A program made the position numbers and the translations under genes. A stretch of 64,000 bases of DNA, taken from Bacteroidales bacterium (GTDB taxonomy: Bacteria; Bacteroidota; Bacteroidia; Bacteroidales; WCHB1-69). Positions within the stretch are counted from its first letter, which is position 1. Every line of letters begins with the position of its first letter. Below are positions 29,096-39,495 of this stretch, in pieces. The DNA lies in assembly GCA_016281255.1 (NCBI GenBank), contig JAEEIG010000037.1, positions 453 to 64,452 on the forward strand, given 5' to 3'. The notes beneath the pieces are model-generated. The model ran no database searches. It saw only the letters and a list, made by a program, of their open reading frames with translations, and was not told the DNA's origin.

Positions 29096-29679
29096 GCGAA
29101 AGAGTTGATGAGGTGCATGGCGTCTTCCTTAAGGTAGTCGATGACTGGCTTGAGGGAGTCGTTGTTGGGCGCGAAGTCGAAGTAGAGGGTGGCGCGCACG
29201 AACCGGTGTGCGCTGTCGGTGAGCCAGAACTGGAACGGTGTGGCGACCTGCTTGCCGTAAATCTCGTATGTCTGCCCCCAGATATGTGCTTCCGGATCCC
29301 TGATGACGGAATATTGCACATCATCGGCTTTCTGGTAGTGGAATTTCACCATTTTGTCTTCCGAAACCATCAGCTTGCGCAGGCTGTCGGCGTTTTTGAC
29401 CGTGAAACAGGTGAAACGGAAGGCTGCGCCGAAATCGGGATAAGTCACATTGATCCACAAGGAGTTGTTCGGCTGCGGCTCGATGGTGGTGGTGGCATGG
29501 ACCGACTGTTCGCAGGTGAAGGGCATGGTGGTGTCGATCCGGCGGTACTGGTGTTCTGGCAGGTCGATCCGGAAATAGCCCATGGGCTTGGGCTCCGGCA
29601 GCGGTTTGGGTTTGCATGAGACCGCCAGTGCGGCCCATAATGTCACAACAATAATATATATGTATGATTGTCTTTTCAT
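29083..29679 (-). CDS. gldD: gliding motility lipoprotein GldD
   Basis: 198 aa with lipobox LAVSC, then KPKPLPEPKPMGYFRIDLPEHQY. The C-terminal region TDSAHRFVRATLYFDFAPNNDSLKPVIDYLKED matches my recollection of GldD. Confidence 0.7.
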   Translation of the reverse strand: MKRQSYIYIIVVTLWAALAVSCKPKPLPEPKPMGYFRIDLPEHQYRRIDTTMPFTCEQSVHATTTIEPQPNNSLWINVTYPDFGAAFRFTCFTVKNADSLRKLMVSEDKMVKFHYQKADDVQYSVIRDPEAHIWGQTYEIYGKQVATPFQFWLTDSAHRFVRATLYFDFAPNNDSLKPVIDYLKEDAMHLINSFAWKP

Positions 29680-29768
29680 TTGATTATTTGCCCACGGCTG
29701 CAGCCTAACGGCCTTACCTTGGGTTACCGAGCTCTTGCTCCTGACGGGGCTGCTTTAAGGAATATATT

Positions 29769-30629
29769 TTATAAATAACTTTTCAGGTTTTTGTTTTTGC
29801 TGTTTTGGCGTAATCTCTTCAGGGCGCGTTCCTTGATTTGGCGTACGCGTTCACGGGAGAGGTCGAGTTTGTCGCCAATCTCGTCCAGCGTATGCTCGTG
29901 CGAGGTGCCGATGCCGAAGAAGAGCTTCAAAACGTCGGCTTCTTTGTCAGGCAAGGTTTCTAACAGGTCGTTGATTTCCGACGAGAGCGACTCCTGCATC
30001 AGGGTGGTGTCGGTGTCCTCGTCGTTGTCGTGTACGAAAACATCCACGAAGCGGGTCTCTTCGTTGGGGGCGATGGGCGAGTCGATAGACTGCGGGTGGT
30101 TGTTCATCTTCATGATTTCAGCCACCTTATAGACGGGCATGTCCATGGCGTTGGCGATCTCCTCGGTGGTGGGCAGACGGTTGAGAGTCTGTTCCAGCCG
30201 GGCGGTCTCTTTTTTGATTTTGTTGATGACACCCACTTGGTTCAGCGGCAGGCGCACGATACGCGACTGGTCGGCGATGGCTTGCAGGATGGCCTGTCGG
30301 ATCCACCACACGGCGTAGGAGATGAATTTGAAGCCGCGCGTCTCGTCGAAACGTTGCGCGGCTTTGATAAGTCCCAAATTGCCCTCGTTGATGAGGTCCT
30401 GTAAGCCGATACCCTGGTTTTGGTACTGCTTTGCCACGGACACGACAAAACGCAAGTTGGTTGTCACCAGCTTGTTCAGCGCGTCCTCGTCGCCCGCTTT
30501 GATTTTGCGGGCCAGTTCCACCTCCTCGTCCGCGCCGATCATCTGCACCTTGCTGATGTCCGACAGGAATCGCTCCAGCGACGCGGAGTCGCGGTTGGTG
30601 ATGGATTTCGATATCTTTAATTGTCTCAT
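29769..30629 (-). CDS. rpoD: primary RNA polymerase sigma factor (sigma-A/RpoD, short Bacteroidetes type)
   Basis: 286 aa. Region 2: YAVWWIRQAI. Region 4.2: TLDEIGDKLDLSRERVRQIKERAL. Confidence 0.95.
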   Translation of the reverse strand: MRQLKISKSITNRDSASLERFLSDISKVQMIGADEEVELARKIKAGDEDALNKLVTTNLRFVVSVAKQYQNQGIGLQDLINEGNLGLIKAAQRFDETRGFKFISYAVWWIRQAILQAIADQSRIVRLPLNQVGVINKIKKETARLEQTLNRLPTTEEIANAMDMPVYKVAEIMKMNNHPQSIDSPIAPNEETRFVDVFVHDNDEDTDTTLMQESLSSEINDLLETLPDKEADVLKLFFGIGTSHEHTLDEIGDKLDLSRERVRQIKERALKRLRQNSKNKNLKSYL

Positions 30630-30633
30630 TTAT

Positions 30634-31758
30634 TTATTTTTCAACCTTTTCAGTTGTACCTTGACTATTCAATAAAGTTACACTTTTGGTCATTTTTTCT
30701 TTGTTTCTGACCAGAATCACTTTCACTTTGTCGCCGGGCGATTTCGTTTTGAGCACTCCGCGCACTTCGGCGAGGCTGTTGACGGGGGTTTCGTCAATAT
30801 GGGTGATGACGTCGCCCTCCTGGAATCCGTTTTGGGCGGCGGCTCCGTTGTCGGAGACTTCCGCCACGTAGATGCCGTTCACGTCGCTGAGGTTCAGCTC
30901 TTTGGCGTTGGAGGCGTTGAGTTCCATGATGGAGACGCCGAGGTAGGCTTGTTGCGTGACGCCGTAGTGCTGCAGGTCGTGGCAGATCTTTTGCACGATG
31001 TTGGAGGGGATGGCGAAGGAGTAGCCGGTGTAGTAGCCGTTGCCGGACGCGATGGCGGTGTTGATGCCGACCAGTTTGCCGGCGGCGTTCACGAGGGCGC
31101 CGCCGCTGTTGCCGGAGTTGACGGCTGCGTCAGTCTGAAGGTAAACCTCGTCGGAGGTGGTGTTGCGGCCGGTGCTGAGCTGGCGGGCTTTCGCGCTGAT
31201 GATGCCGGCGGTGACGGTGGAGTTGAGTCCCATGGGGTTGCCGATGGCCAACACCCACTCGCCGATGCGCACGGAGTCGGAGTTCGCAAAGGTCAGGTAG
31301 GGCAGGCGCGTCTCGTTGATCTTGATGAGCGCGAGGTCGGAGGCGGGGTCGGTGCCGATGATCTCGCCCTCATATTCGCGCTTGTCGTTCAGCGTGATGG
31401 TGATCTTTTCGGCATCCTGTACCACGTGGTTGTTGGTGACAATATAGCCGTCGGAGGAGATGATGACGCCCGAACCGGCCGCCTGGACAGGGTAGGCGCT
31501 GGGTGCCGAACCGAAGAAATGCTCCCAGATGGTGCCGCCGAAAAAGTCGTCCCACATGGAGTTTTTTTGCATAAATTCGGTCTTGATATAGACCACTGCG
31601 TTGACAGATGACTCTGCCGCGTCGGTCAGATCGACGTATCTTGTGCCTTGGCTCTCCTTCTGCGCACAGCCGGAGTAGGTGCAGGAAAAGAAAGCCAACA
31701 TTGTGAATAACAATACTTTAGAAATGTTCGATGTCTTCATATTTATATGCTTTTTCAT
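30634..31758 (-). CDS. HtrA/DegP-family serine protease with one PDZ domain
   Basis: 374 aa with a signal/lipobox, VVTNNHVV (His), the catalytic Ser motif GNSGGALV and a C-terminal PDZ domain. The rpoD start codon lies 5 nt past its stop, so the two are probably co-transcribed. Confidence 0.85.
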   Translation of the reverse strand: MKKHINMKTSNISKVLLFTMLAFFSCTYSGCAQKESQGTRYVDLTDAAESSVNAVVYIKTEFMQKNSMWDDFFGGTIWEHFFGSAPSAYPVQAAGSGVIISSDGYIVTNNHVVQDAEKITITLNDKREYEGEIIGTDPASDLALIKINETRLPYLTFANSDSVRIGEWVLAIGNPMGLNSTVTAGIISAKARQLSTGRNTTSDEVYLQTDAAVNSGNSGGALVNAAGKLVGINTAIASGNGYYTGYSFAIPSNIVQKICHDLQHYGVTQQAYLGVSIMELNASNAKELNLSDVNGIYVAEVSDNGAAAQNGFQEGDVITHIDETPVNSLAEVRGVLKTKSPGDKVKVILVRNKEKMTKSVTLLNSQGTTEKVEK

Positions 31759-31840
31759 TTGTGAATCTTATATCAAACCGCCCAATAACGCAAAAGTTTA
31801 AAAAAAATTGCAGGGAAAATGTTTGTATCGAAAAAAATTA

Positions 31841-31848
31841 TATTTTTG
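31841..31848 (+). promoter_or_regulatory. putative -7 box for rplU-rpmA
   Basis: TATTTTTG lies 35 nt upstream of the ATG at 31884. Confidence 0.5.
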
Positions 31849-31883
31849 CCGCCCAAAAAATTACAAACTAAAAACCCAAAAAA

Positions 31884-32195
31884 ATGTACGCAATTGTAGA
31901 AATAGCCGGGCAACAATTCAAGGTTGAAAAAGACCGCAGAGTCTATGTTCAGCGCCTCAAGGCTGAAGAAGGTGCGCAAGTCACATTTGACCGCGTCATG
32001 TTAGTCGATAACGACGGTGCCGTGAAAGTGGGTACGCCGACCGTTTCCGGTGCCAGCGTGACCGCTACCGTCCTGAATCATCTGAAGGGGGACAAAGTGC
32101 TTGTCTTCAAGAAGAAAAGAAGAAAAGGTTATCAGAAATTGAATGGTCACCGTCAATGTTTGACCACCATTAAGATTGATAGCATCAACCTGTAA
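31884..32195 (+). CDS. rplU: 50S ribosomal protein L21
   Basis: 103 aa. N-terminus [17 protein letters not shown]. Confidence 0.95.
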   Translation: MYAIVEIAGQQFKVEKDRRVYVQRLKAEEGAQVTFDRVMLVDNDGAVKVGTPTVSGASVTATVLNHLKGDKVLVFKKKRRKGYQKLNGHRQCLTTIKIDSINL

Positions 32196-32226
32196 AATTT
32201 AGTGTTAACGATTAAAATTTAGACTT

Positions 32227-32487
32227 ATGGCTCATAAAAAAGGTGTCGGTAGTTCACAGAACGGCCGCGAATCAGCTAGTAAAAGATTAGGTTTGAAGAT
32301 CTTCGGCGGTCAATTTGCCAAGGCTGGCAACATCATCGTTCGCCAAAGAGGTACTGTCCACAATCCCGGCAAGAATGTCGGTATGGGTAAAGACCACACC
32401 CTGTTCGCATTGTGCGACGGTATTGTCGAATTCAAGAAAACCTATAAGGACAGATCTTACGTCTCCGTGGTTCCCACGCAGGAGTAA
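32227..32487 (+). CDS. rpmA: 50S ribosomal protein L27
   Basis: 86 aa. Contains [16 protein letters not shown] and [10 protein letters not shown]. Confidence 0.95.
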   Translation: MAHKKGVGSSQNGRESASKRLGLKIFGGQFAKAGNIIVRQRGTVHNPGKNVGMGKDHTLFALCDGIVEFKKTYKDRSYVSVVPTQE

Positions 32488-32534
32488 GCGACAAAAAAAA
32501 TCGCGCGGGAGATAGTGCGTATTGAAAAAAATTG

Positions 32535-32542
32535 TACTTTTG
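32535..32542 (+). promoter_or_regulatory. putative -7 box for tRNA-Thr
   Basis: TACTTTTG lies 13 nt upstream of the mature tRNA 5' end. Confidence 0.5.
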
Positions 32543-32555
32543 CCGCGCAAAACCA

Positions 32556-32628
<73 letters not shown>

Positions 32629-32630
32629 CG

Positions 32631-32667
32631 AAAAAAAAAAAGAGGAACTTAACGTTCCTCTTTTTTT
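32631..32667. terminator. bidirectional terminator between tRNA-Thr and the PfkB kinase gene
   Basis: An A10 run, hairpin AGAGGAAC-ttaac-GTTCCTCT, then a T7 run. It overlaps the last codons of the kinase gene. Confidence 0.7.
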
Positions 32668-33617
32668 AGTTTTGCCCACTCCTCATCCGGTAGCTTCGCG
32701 CCGACATGTTCAATCATCCGGGAGGAGAGGTAGGAAGCTAAGTTTCCGGCTCTCAGGGCGCTGTAACCATTGACAAGGCCGTAGAGGAAACCGGATGCGT
32801 AGATGTCGCCGGCGCCGGTGGTGTCGATACGTTGCGCATCGACGGGGGCGATCGCGGTCACCTCGCCGTCCATCTTGATGTAGGAGCCCTCTTTGCCGAC
32901 CTTCACGATGGCGATGGCGCACTCTTTAGACAGTGCATGCAGCGCCTCCACCTGTTCCATGCCGGTGTATGCCTTGGCCTCCTCTTCGTTGGCGAAGATG
33001 ATATCGACAAAGTCGCGCAGTAGCATCTTCACGAAGTCCAGATTGCTTTCTATCAGGTTGTAGCTGGCCATGTCCATGGAGACCTGCAGTCCGTGGGCCT
33101 TCGCTTTCCGGCACACGTCCAAGATGAGGTCGTGGTTGAAGATGAGGTATCCCTCGATATGGATGAGGTCGTAGCTGTCGAAGATCTCCGCGTCCACTTC
33201 GCAGGGTTGCATGGTGGCGGCGGCCCCGAGGTAGGTGGCGAAGGTGCGTTCGGCGTTCGGTGAGATGAAGGTGATGGCCACGCCCGTGTCTTCGTCAGAC
33301 CCGATGAGGTGCGGGATCACGCCGAAACGTTCGCACTCCTGGCGGAAAAGCCTGCCCAGTTTGTCGTTGCCCACCTTGCCGATGTATCCGGCGGTGGCGC
33401 CCAGACGGGCGAGGCCATGTATGGTGTTCGAGGTGGAGCCGCCGGTGGCCAGGGTCTGCGGCATCCCGGCAATCTCCTCCAGGATTTCGCGCTTCCGCCG
33501 GGCGTCTATCATCTCCATTCCGCCCTTGCTCAGATGCAGACGGTCGAGGATCTCGTCATTGTCAATGTGCACTAAGATGTCCACCAGTGCATTTCCGATT
33601 CCTAATATTTTCTTCAT
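32649..33617 (-). CDS. PfkB-family carbohydrate/nucleoside kinase (adenosine kinase-like)
   Basis: 322 aa with GGSTSN and DTTGAGDIYASGFLYG motifs. Confidence 0.85.
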   Translation of the reverse strand: MKKILGIGNALVDILVHIDNDEILDRLHLSKGGMEMIDARRKREILEEIAGMPQTLATGGSTSNTIHGLARLGATAGYIGKVGNDKLGRLFRQECERFGVIPHLIGSDEDTGVAITFISPNAERTFATYLGAAATMQPCEVDAEIFDSYDLIHIEGYLIFNHDLILDVCRKAKAHGLQVSMDMASYNLIESNLDFVKMLLRDFVDIIFANEEEAKAYTGMEQVEALHALSKECAIAIVKVGKEGSYIKMDGEVTAIAPVDAQRIDTTGAGDIYASGFLYGLVNGYSALRAGNLASYLSSRMIEHVGAKLPDEEWAKLKKEER

Positions 33618-33640
33618 TTCGTCTCTTTTTTTTGAAAGCG

Positions 33641-33648
33641 CAAAGATA
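33641..33648 (-). promoter_or_regulatory. putative -7 box for the PfkB kinase gene
   Basis: TATCTTTG on the minus strand, 23 nt upstream of the ATG at 33617. Confidence 0.45.
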
Positions 33649-33683
33649 GCAATTTTGTTAGCCGGTTGTTACCATTAAAATTG

Positions 33684-33691
33684 TACCTTTG
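33684..33691 (+). promoter_or_regulatory. putative -7 box for alaS
   Basis: TACCTTTG lies 19 nt upstream of the ATG at 33711. This excludes the track start at 33666. Confidence 0.5.
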
Positions 33692-33710
33692 CCGCTTAAT
33701 TTTTGTGATT

Positions 33711-36320
33711 ATGACATCTAACGAAATACGCTCCGCTTTTCTGGATTTTTTCAAGTCCAAAGGCCATCAGATCGTGCCTTCCGCACCGATGGTGATTAAG
33801 AATGACCCGACATTGATGTTCACCAATGCAGGCATGAATCAGTTCAAAGACATATTCCTCGGCAACACCCCGCGCGAATTCCCGCGTGTGGCCGACTCGC
33901 AGAAGTGCCTGCGCGTGTCGGGCAAACACAACGACTTGGAGGAGGTTGGTCGCGACACCTACCACCACACCATGTTCGAGATGCTCGGCAACTGGTCGTT
34001 CGGCGACTACTTCAAGAAAGAGGCCATCGACTACGCTTGGGAATTCCTGACCGAGGTGATGAAGCTCGACAAGAACCGCCTCTACGCCACCGTTTTCGAG
34101 GGCGACGAGAAGGACGGCACCGCCTTCGACCAGGAGGCGTTCGGCTTTTGGAAGGAGCATCTGCCCGAGGATCGTATTCTCAGGGGCAACAAGAAGGATA
34201 ACTTCTGGGAGATGGGCGACACCGGCCCGTGCGGTCCCTGCTCGGAAATCCATATCGACCTCCGTGACGACGCGGAGCGTGCGAAAGTGCCCGGTGCGGC
34301 ATTGGTGAACAAGGACAATCCGCTGGTGATTGAGGTTTGGAATCTGGTGTTTATGCAGTATAACCGTGTGGTTTCCGGCGAGTTGCATCCGCTTTCCGCC
34401 AAACATGTCGATACGGGCATGGGCTTCGAGCGCCTCTGCATGGCAGTACAGAACAAGAAATCCAACTACGACACGGACGTTTTCCAGCCGATTATCCGAA
34501 AGATCGCGCAGAATGCCGGCGTGAAATACGGCGAGAAACACGATGTCGATGTGGCTCTGCGCGTGGTGGCCGACCACTTGCGCGCCGTCACCTTCGCCAT
34601 TGCCGACGGTCAGCTGCCCTCCAACACGGGCGCCGGCTATGTCATCCGCCGCATCCTGCGTCGCGCCATCCGCTACGGCTTCACTTTCCTCAACTTCAAA
34701 GAGCCTTTCATGCATGCGCTTGTCGCTGACCTTGTGGCACAGATGGGCCACCAGTTCCCGGAAATCAAGGCGCAGCAACAGCTCGTTGAGAATGTCATCC
34801 GCGAGGAGGAGACCTCCTTCCTCAAAACGCTCGACTCTGGCATCCTCAAATTCGAAAATTACGTCAAGAAGATGGCCGGCAAGACGGTCATCGACGGCGA
34901 CTTCGCCTTCGAACTGTTCGACACTTACGGTTTCCCGATCGACCTCACCTGCCTGATGGCATCCGAAAAGAGCCTGACGGTGGATATGGACGGTTTCGCC
35001 GAGGGCCTGCGCCAGCAGAAGGAGCGTTCCCGCGCCGCCACGTCGGTTTCCGCCGGTGATTGGGTGGAGCTGCAATCCCAAGAGGCTCCCACCGTGTTTC
35101 TCGGCTATCACCAGTTGGTGTGCAAGTCCAAGATCGTGAAATACAGACAGGTGACCGCCAAGGGCAAGACCTATTTCCAGGTGGTGCTCGACCAGACACC
35201 TTTCTATGCCGAGTCCGGCGGTCAGGTGGGCGACACAGGTGTGCTGACCAACGGCACCGACACCGTTGAGATTTACAACACCACCAAGGAGAACAACCTC
35301 ACTATCCATCATACCGGCAAGTTGCCGGCAGATGTGAACGCCACTTTCGTGGCTCGTGTTGATGCCGAAAAACGGCAGAAGACGGCCAACAACCACTCTG
35401 CCACGCACCTGCTCGACCACGCGCTGCGCGCGGTCTTGGGTACGCACGTGGAGCAGAAAGGCTCTATGGTGGCTTCCGACCGTTTGCGTTTCGACTTCTC
35501 CCACTTCGCCAAGGTGACGGACGAGGAGTTGCGTGCGGCCGAGAAGATGGTGAATGCCATGATCCGTCAGAACCTGCCGTTGCAAGAGTTTGTCGATGTG
35601 CCGATTGAAGAGGCTCGCGAGCGCGGCGCCATCGCTTTGTTCGGCGAGAAGTACGGCAAAACTGTCCGTGTCATCCAGTTCGGCGACGCGGTGGAGTTGT
35701 GCGGTGGTACGCACACTTCCGCGACGGGTAACATCGGGCTCTTCAAGATCGTGTCTGAAGGCGCGGTGGCCGCTGGCGTGCGCCGTATCGAAGCGGTGAC
35801 CGGCGAGGCTGCCGAGCAGCTGGTCTATGCCGATCAAGACACCTTGGCGCAGCTGAAAGCCATGACGAACGCCACCAATCTGATCCAATCGGTGCAGAAA
35901 TTACAGGATGATTGCCAGGTGTTGCGTAAGAAGATGGAGGACATCGACCGTCAGATGGCGTTGGAGTTCGGCAAATCCCTGATGGAGAATGCCGAGGAGG
36001 TCAACGGTGTGCTGTTCATGTCGAAAGTCACCGACTATTCCGCTGACATGCTGCGGCAGGTTGCCCTGCAGTTGCGCGAGGGCGACAACCATGTGGTGGT
36101 GTTGGGCAGCGTGCACGACGGCAAACCGAACCTGGCAGTCGGCATCAGCACGAACCTGACAAGCAAGGTGGATGCCCCGACGTTAGTGCGTGCTGCCGGC
36201 AAGCTTATCCAAGGTGGCGGCGGCGGTCACCCGACGCTCGCCATGGCGGGCGGCAAGAATCCCGACGGGGTGGCGGCGGCCGTTAACGAGGCGGTTCAGT
36301 TAGCGAAATCGAAATTATAA
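33711..36320 (+). CDS. alaS: alanine--tRNA ligase
   Basis: The start at 33711 gives [37 protein letters not shown] is present. The product is about 870 aa. Confidence 0.97.
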   Translation: MTSNEIRSAFLDFFKSKGHQIVPSAPMVIKNDPTLMFTNAGMNQFKDIFLGNTPREFPRVADSQKCLRVSGKHNDLEEVGRDTYHHTMFEMLGNWSFGDYFKKEAIDYAWEFLTEVMKLDKNRLYATVFEGDEKDGTAFDQEAFGFWKEHLPEDRILRGNKKDNFWEMGDTGPCGPCSEIHIDLRDDAERAKVPGAALVNKDNPLVIEVWNLVFMQYNRVVSGELHPLSAKHVDTGMGFERLCMAVQNKKSNYDTDVFQPIIRKIAQNAGVKYGEKHDVDVALRVVADHLRAVTFAIADGQLPSNTGAGYVIRRILRRAIRYGFTFLNFKEPFMHALVADLVAQMGHQFPEIKAQQQLVENVIREEETSFLKTLDSGILKFENYVKKMAGKTVIDGDFAFELFDTYGFPIDLTCLMASEKSLTVDMDGFAEGLRQQKERSRAATSVSAGDWVELQSQEAPTVFLGYHQLVCKSKIVKYRQVTAKGKTYFQVVLDQTPFYAESGGQVGDTGVLTNGTDTVEIYNTTKENNLTIHHTGKLPADVNATFVARVDAEKRQKTANNHSATHLLDHALRAVLGTHVEQKGSMVASDRLRFDFSHFAKVTDEELRAAEKMVNAMIRQNLPLQEFVDVPIEEARERGAIALFGEKYGKTVRVIQFGDAVELCGGTHTSATGNIGLFKIVSEGAVAAGVRRIEAVTGEAAEQLVYADQDTLAQLKAMTNATNLIQSVQKLQDDCQVLRKKMEDIDRQMALEFGKSLMENAEEVNGVLFMSKVTDYSADMLRQVALQLREGDNHVVVLGSVHDGKPNLAVGISTNLTSKVDAPTLVRAAGKLIQGGGGGHPTLAMAGGKNPDGVAAAVNEAVQLAKSKL

Positions 36321-36323
36321 AAA

Positions 36324-36349
36324 CAACGGCGACCGAAAGGCCGCCGTTG
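36324..36349. terminator. hairpin between convergent alaS and ssb
   Basis: CAACGGCGACC-gaaa-GGCCGCCGTTG. The T-run (TTTTTAT) is on the ssb side. Confidence 0.55.
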
Positions 36350-36355
36350 CTTGTC

Positions 36356-36811
36356 TTAGAAGGGCAGGTCGTCGTCGGAGTAGCTCTCGGGCGCCGGGGT
36401 TTCCGGAGGCGTGGGAGGCATGGGCGGCTGTTGCACCACCGTCTGGTTCGGCACTTGCGTGACCGTTTGGCCGCCGCTCTCTCTGGGGGAGAGGAAGAGG
36501 AAGGTGTTGGCCTCCACTTCCGTGATGTAGTGCCGCACCCCGTTGGCGTCGTCCCAGTAGCGGGTGCGCAGGCGACCCTCTAAATAGATTTGCCTTCCTT
36601 TGGTGAGGTACTTTTCCGCCAGATCGGCCAAGTTGCGCCACATCACAATGTTGTGCCACTCGGTCAGCTCGATGCGGTTGCCCTCCTTGTCCTTGCGGAT
36701 TTCGGTGGTGGCCAAAGAAAAGCTCGCTTTCTTGCTGCCGTTCTCAAAAGTTCTGATTTCCGGGTCTTTTCCCAAATGACCCACTAAGATTACTTTGTTA
36801 ATTCCTGACAT
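36356..36811 (-). CDS. ssb: single-stranded DNA-binding protein
   Basis: 151 aa. OB-fold N-terminus MSGINKVILVGHLGKDPEIR and acidic tail DDDLPF. Confidence 0.95.
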   Translation of the reverse strand: MSGINKVILVGHLGKDPEIRTFENGSKKASFSLATTEIRKDKEGNRIELTEWHNIVMWRNLADLAEKYLTKGRQIYLEGRLRTRYWDDANGVRHYITEVEANTFLFLSPRESGGQTVTQVPNQTVVQQPPMPPTPPETPAPESYSDDDLPF

Positions 36812-36835
36812 AGTTTTTTGTTTTTAAGTTCACGG

Positions 36836-36843
36836 CAAATATA
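36836..36843 (-). promoter_or_regulatory. putative -7 box for ssb
   Basis: TATATTTG on the minus strand, 24 nt upstream of the ATG at 36811. Confidence 0.45.
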
Positions 36844-36960
36844 CGATAATTTAATCAAAATTTATGTAGTGTTTTGAAATATTTATCAAGTGTTAATTGT
36901 TGATAAGTTTATATTTTGTTTGTTGTTAATTAGTTGGGTAGATAAAAGGATCGTTTTTTT

Positions 36961-37036
36961 GAGACTTGAGACTTGAGACTTAAGACTTGAGACTTAAGAC
37001 TTGAGACTTAAGACTTTGAACCTGAAACCTGAAACT
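36961..37036 (+). repeat. heptanucleotide tandem array (RAGACTT)8 + (TGAAACY)3
   Basis: Read directly: GAGACTT x3, then AAGACTT/GAGACTT alternating x5, then TGAACC, TGAAACC, TGAAACT. It lies between the gldB 3' end and the ssb promoter. Confidence 0.95.
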
Positions 37037-37101
37037 TTTGGGATAAGTAAACACAACAGTTGTTGTTCATCACTTCCCTCTTCCTTCTTCCCTCTTCCTT
37101 C

Positions 37102-38142
37102 TCACGACGGTTTGTATCCCGATTCTTTCAGGATTTTCTGGCTGTCGGTCATCTTCAGGAGTTCGTTGAGTGTGGTCTCGGGATGCGATTTCATGTAGCT
37201 TTGCACGATTTGGAAGCCGATGAAGACGCCGATGCGGCCGGGCGAGTCGTTGCCGAAGTCGCGGGTGAAGGGTGTCTCGTCGATCATGCGGCGGATGACG
37301 TCGTCGGAATTGTTATAGACCATGTTCTTTTCGATGAGTTTGTGCCAGATGGCCGACTCGTGCTCGATGGCCCATTTGTACTGCTCTTTGCTGTAGCAGA
37401 GGATATCTTCGGGCGGGGTGTTCGGGAACATCGTCTGCGTGAAGAGCATCTTCTTGCCGGCATCCACCATGTTGTCGAGCAACGTGACCAAGGTTTTGTC
37501 GGGCAGATGTCTGTAAACCAACGCTTTGGAGAAGCAGTCGGTGGCCATGTACTTCTTGTCGCAGCGGGCGGCGATGTATTTTGGCATTCCGGCTTGTCCG
37601 TAGTGCTTGTAGTCTTTGCCGAGGTACATGTCGAGGCAGATGAAGATGGTGTTTTCGTAACCGAAGACCTGCGGCATCTGGAAGTCGATGCCGGAAACCA
37701 GTGTGCAGAAGTCGGGGGCGTTCTCGTTGGGGAAGTGGGTGAGGTAGAGGCTCATGGCCGGGGTGACCTGACGTTTGAAGTCCGAGAGGTCGGCAAACTG
37801 GGCTTCCGTGTCTTTGTAAATCTCCTGGATGACGGGGTCGTTGATGAATCCTTTGATGGACTGTATCATTTCGGCGTTGTTCCAGGCGCCGTCGGCCACG
37901 ATGTTGTCAGGATATTTGCCGTAGAGCTTCTTGAATCCCACGGACATGTCGCTCTGGTCCATCATGAACAGGTCCTGTTCGTAACGTGATATTTTGATCT
38001 CCACATTTTTGGCTTTCTTCACCTGTTCTGCCGTCAGGGTGGGTTTTGCGACATTGACAGGTGCGTTCTTTTTCTTGCATCCCGTGCATCCCATGCAGAT
38101 AATCAGCAAGATACAGAGGATGGATAAGAGGTTCTTTCTCAT
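37102..38142 (-). CDS. gldB: gliding motility lipoprotein GldB
   Basis: The ATG at 38142 gives lipobox MRKNLLSILCILLIICMGC. The C-terminal region DSPGRIGVFIGFQIVQSYMKSH...ESGYKPS matches my recollection of the GldB family. The -7 box at 38167-38174 excludes the track start at 38169. Confidence 0.8.
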   Translation of the reverse strand: MRKNLLSILCILLIICMGCTGCKKKNAPVNVAKPTLTAEQVKKAKNVEIKISRYEQDLFMMDQSDMSVGFKKLYGKYPDNIVADGAWNNAEMIQSIKGFINDPVIQEIYKDTEAQFADLSDFKRQVTPAMSLYLTHFPNENAPDFCTLVSGIDFQMPQVFGYENTIFICLDMYLGKDYKHYGQAGMPKYIAARCDKKYMATDCFSKALVYRHLPDKTLVTLLDNMVDAGKKMLFTQTMFPNTPPEDILCYSKEQYKWAIEHESAIWHKLIEKNMVYNNSDDVIRRMIDETPFTRDFGNDSPGRIGVFIGFQIVQSYMKSHPETTLNELLKMTDSQKILKESGYKPS

Positions 38143-38166
38143 AAGTTTCTTCGTTTTTTGAAAAGG

Positions 38167-38174
38167 CAAAAGTA
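38167..38174 (-). promoter_or_regulatory. putative -7 box for gldB
   Basis: TACTTTTG on the minus strand, 24 nt upstream of the ATG at 38142. Confidence 0.45.
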
Positions 38175-38207
38175 CGATTTTTTAGTCTTTGAAAAAGATA
38201 ATTTGTG

Positions 38208-38215
38208 TATTTTTG
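38208..38215 (+). promoter_or_regulatory. putative -7 box for the saccharopine dehydrogenase-family gene
   Basis: TATTTTTG lies 37 nt upstream of the ATG at 38253. Confidence 0.45.
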
Positions 38216-38252
38216 CGCTTTCAAATTGAGTAGTCATAAATATTATAGACAA

Positions 38253-39458
38253 ATGGCAAGAGTATTAATCATCGGAGCGGGCGGCGTTGGTTCCGTCGTG
38301 GCTCACAAATGCGCTTCCGTACCGGAAGTTTTCACTGAAATCATGTTGGCCTCCCGCACGAAGGCGAAATGCGACGCCATCGCTGCGCAGATCGGCGGCA
38401 ACCGCATCCAAACCGCTCAGGTCGATGTCGACAACGTGGAAGAAACCATCCGTCTGCTTGAGAGCTATAAGCCTGATCTGCTGATAAATGTGGCGTTACC
38501 GTATCAGGACCTTCCGCTGATGGATGCCTGTTTGGCCACCAAGACCAACTACATGGACACCGCCAACTACGAGCCCCGCGACAAGGCGAAGTTCGAATAC
38601 AGCTGGCAGTGGGCCTACCACGACCGCTTCAAGGAAGCCGGCATCATGGCGCTGCTCGGCTGCGGTTTCGACCCCGGTATGACCAGCATCTACACCGCGT
38701 ATGCCGCCAAACACTACTTCGACGAGATGCACTATCTCGACATCGTGGACTGCAATGCCGGCGACCACGGCAAGGCATTCGCCACCAACTTCAACCCCGA
38801 AATCAACATCCGTGAGATCACCCAACGCGGCAAGTATTGGGAGAACGGTCAGTGGGTGGAGATCGACCCGATGTCAATTCACCGTCCCGTGGAATACCCG
38901 AATATCGGCGACCGTGAGTCTTATCTGCTTTATCATGAGGAATTGGAGTCTCTCGTGAAGAGCTATCCGACCATCAAGCGTGCCCGTTTCTGGATGACCT
39001 TCGGACAGAAATACCTCACTGTGCTGAACGTTCTGCAGGAGGTCGGCATGACCAGCATCAAGCCCATCCTCTACAAGGGTATGGAAATCGTGCCGTTGCA
39101 GTTCCTGAAGGCGGTGCTGCCCGAGCCTTCCTCCCTTGGCGAAGGCTACCACGGACAGACCTCCATCGGCTGCCAGATCAAGGGTGTCAAGGACGGCAAG
39201 GAGCGCACCTACTACGTGTGGAACAACTGCGACCATGCCGAGTGCTATAAGGAAGTGGGCGCACAAGCGGTCTCCTATACGACCGGCGTGCCTGCTATGT
39301 TGGGCGCGAAGATGATCCTCACCGGCACCTGGAAGGGTCAGGGTGTCTTCAACGTCGAACAGTTCGATCCCGATCCCTTCATGAAGGAAATCGGCGGTTA
39401 CGGTCTGCCGTGGAACGAGCGGATTGACCAGCCGCTGCCGGTTTATAAACACGAATAG
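38253..39458 (+). CDS. saccharopine dehydrogenase-family protein, probable carboxy(nor)spermidine dehydrogenase
   Basis: About 401 aa from MARVLIIGAGGVGSVVAHKCA (Rossmann GxGxxG). Length and sequence are typical of the polyamine-pathway enzyme of Bacteroides and Campylobacter. Confidence 0.75.
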   Translation: MARVLIIGAGGVGSVVAHKCASVPEVFTEIMLASRTKAKCDAIAAQIGGNRIQTAQVDVDNVEETIRLLESYKPDLLINVALPYQDLPLMDACLATKTNYMDTANYEPRDKAKFEYSWQWAYHDRFKEAGIMALLGCGFDPGMTSIYTAYAAKHYFDEMHYLDIVDCNAGDHGKAFATNFNPEINIREITQRGKYWENGQWVEIDPMSIHRPVEYPNIGDRESYLLYHEELESLVKSYPTIKRARFWMTFGQKYLTVLNVLQEVGMTSIKPILYKGMEIVPLQFLKAVLPEPSSLGEGYHGQTSIGCQIKGVKDGKERTYYVWNNCDHAECYKEVGAQAVSYTTGVPAMLGAKMILTGTWKGQGVFNVEQFDPDPFMKEIGGYGLPWNERIDQPLPVYKHE

Positions 39459-39459
39459 T

Positions 39460-39487
39460 AAATTCGGAATTCAGAATTAAGACGTGA
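39460..39487 (+). repeat. short degenerate heptamer array (AAATTCG GAATTCA GAATTAA GACGTGA)
   Basis: Four 7-bp units directly after the stop codon at 39456-39458. Confidence 0.6.
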
Positions 39488-39495
39488 TATAATGA

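Noticed and set aside
29691-29760. GC-rich, apparently structured 70-nt intergenic segment between rpoD and gldD; considered as SRP/4.5S RNA or a riboswitch
   Set aside because: It contains short palindromes (GGCTGCAGCC, GAGCTC) and GTCAGGAGCAAGAGC. It lacks the SRP domain IV signature (GGAA tetraloop flanked by AGG/AGCA loops) and any motif I can name. It may be just an rpoD terminator region and is left unannotated.
33696-35888. 730-aa ORF on the minus strand
   Set aside because: It lies entirely antisense to alaS, whose identity is unambiguous. It is a typical shadow ORF of a GC3-rich gene, with a low-complexity Gly/Val/His/Leu-rich translation and no start context or promoter.
37001-37198. 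65-aa plus-strand ORF starting in the 36961 array (MRLKTLNLKPETFG...)
   Set aside because: It begins inside the repeat and runs antisense into the gldB 3' end. It is an artefact of the array sequence.
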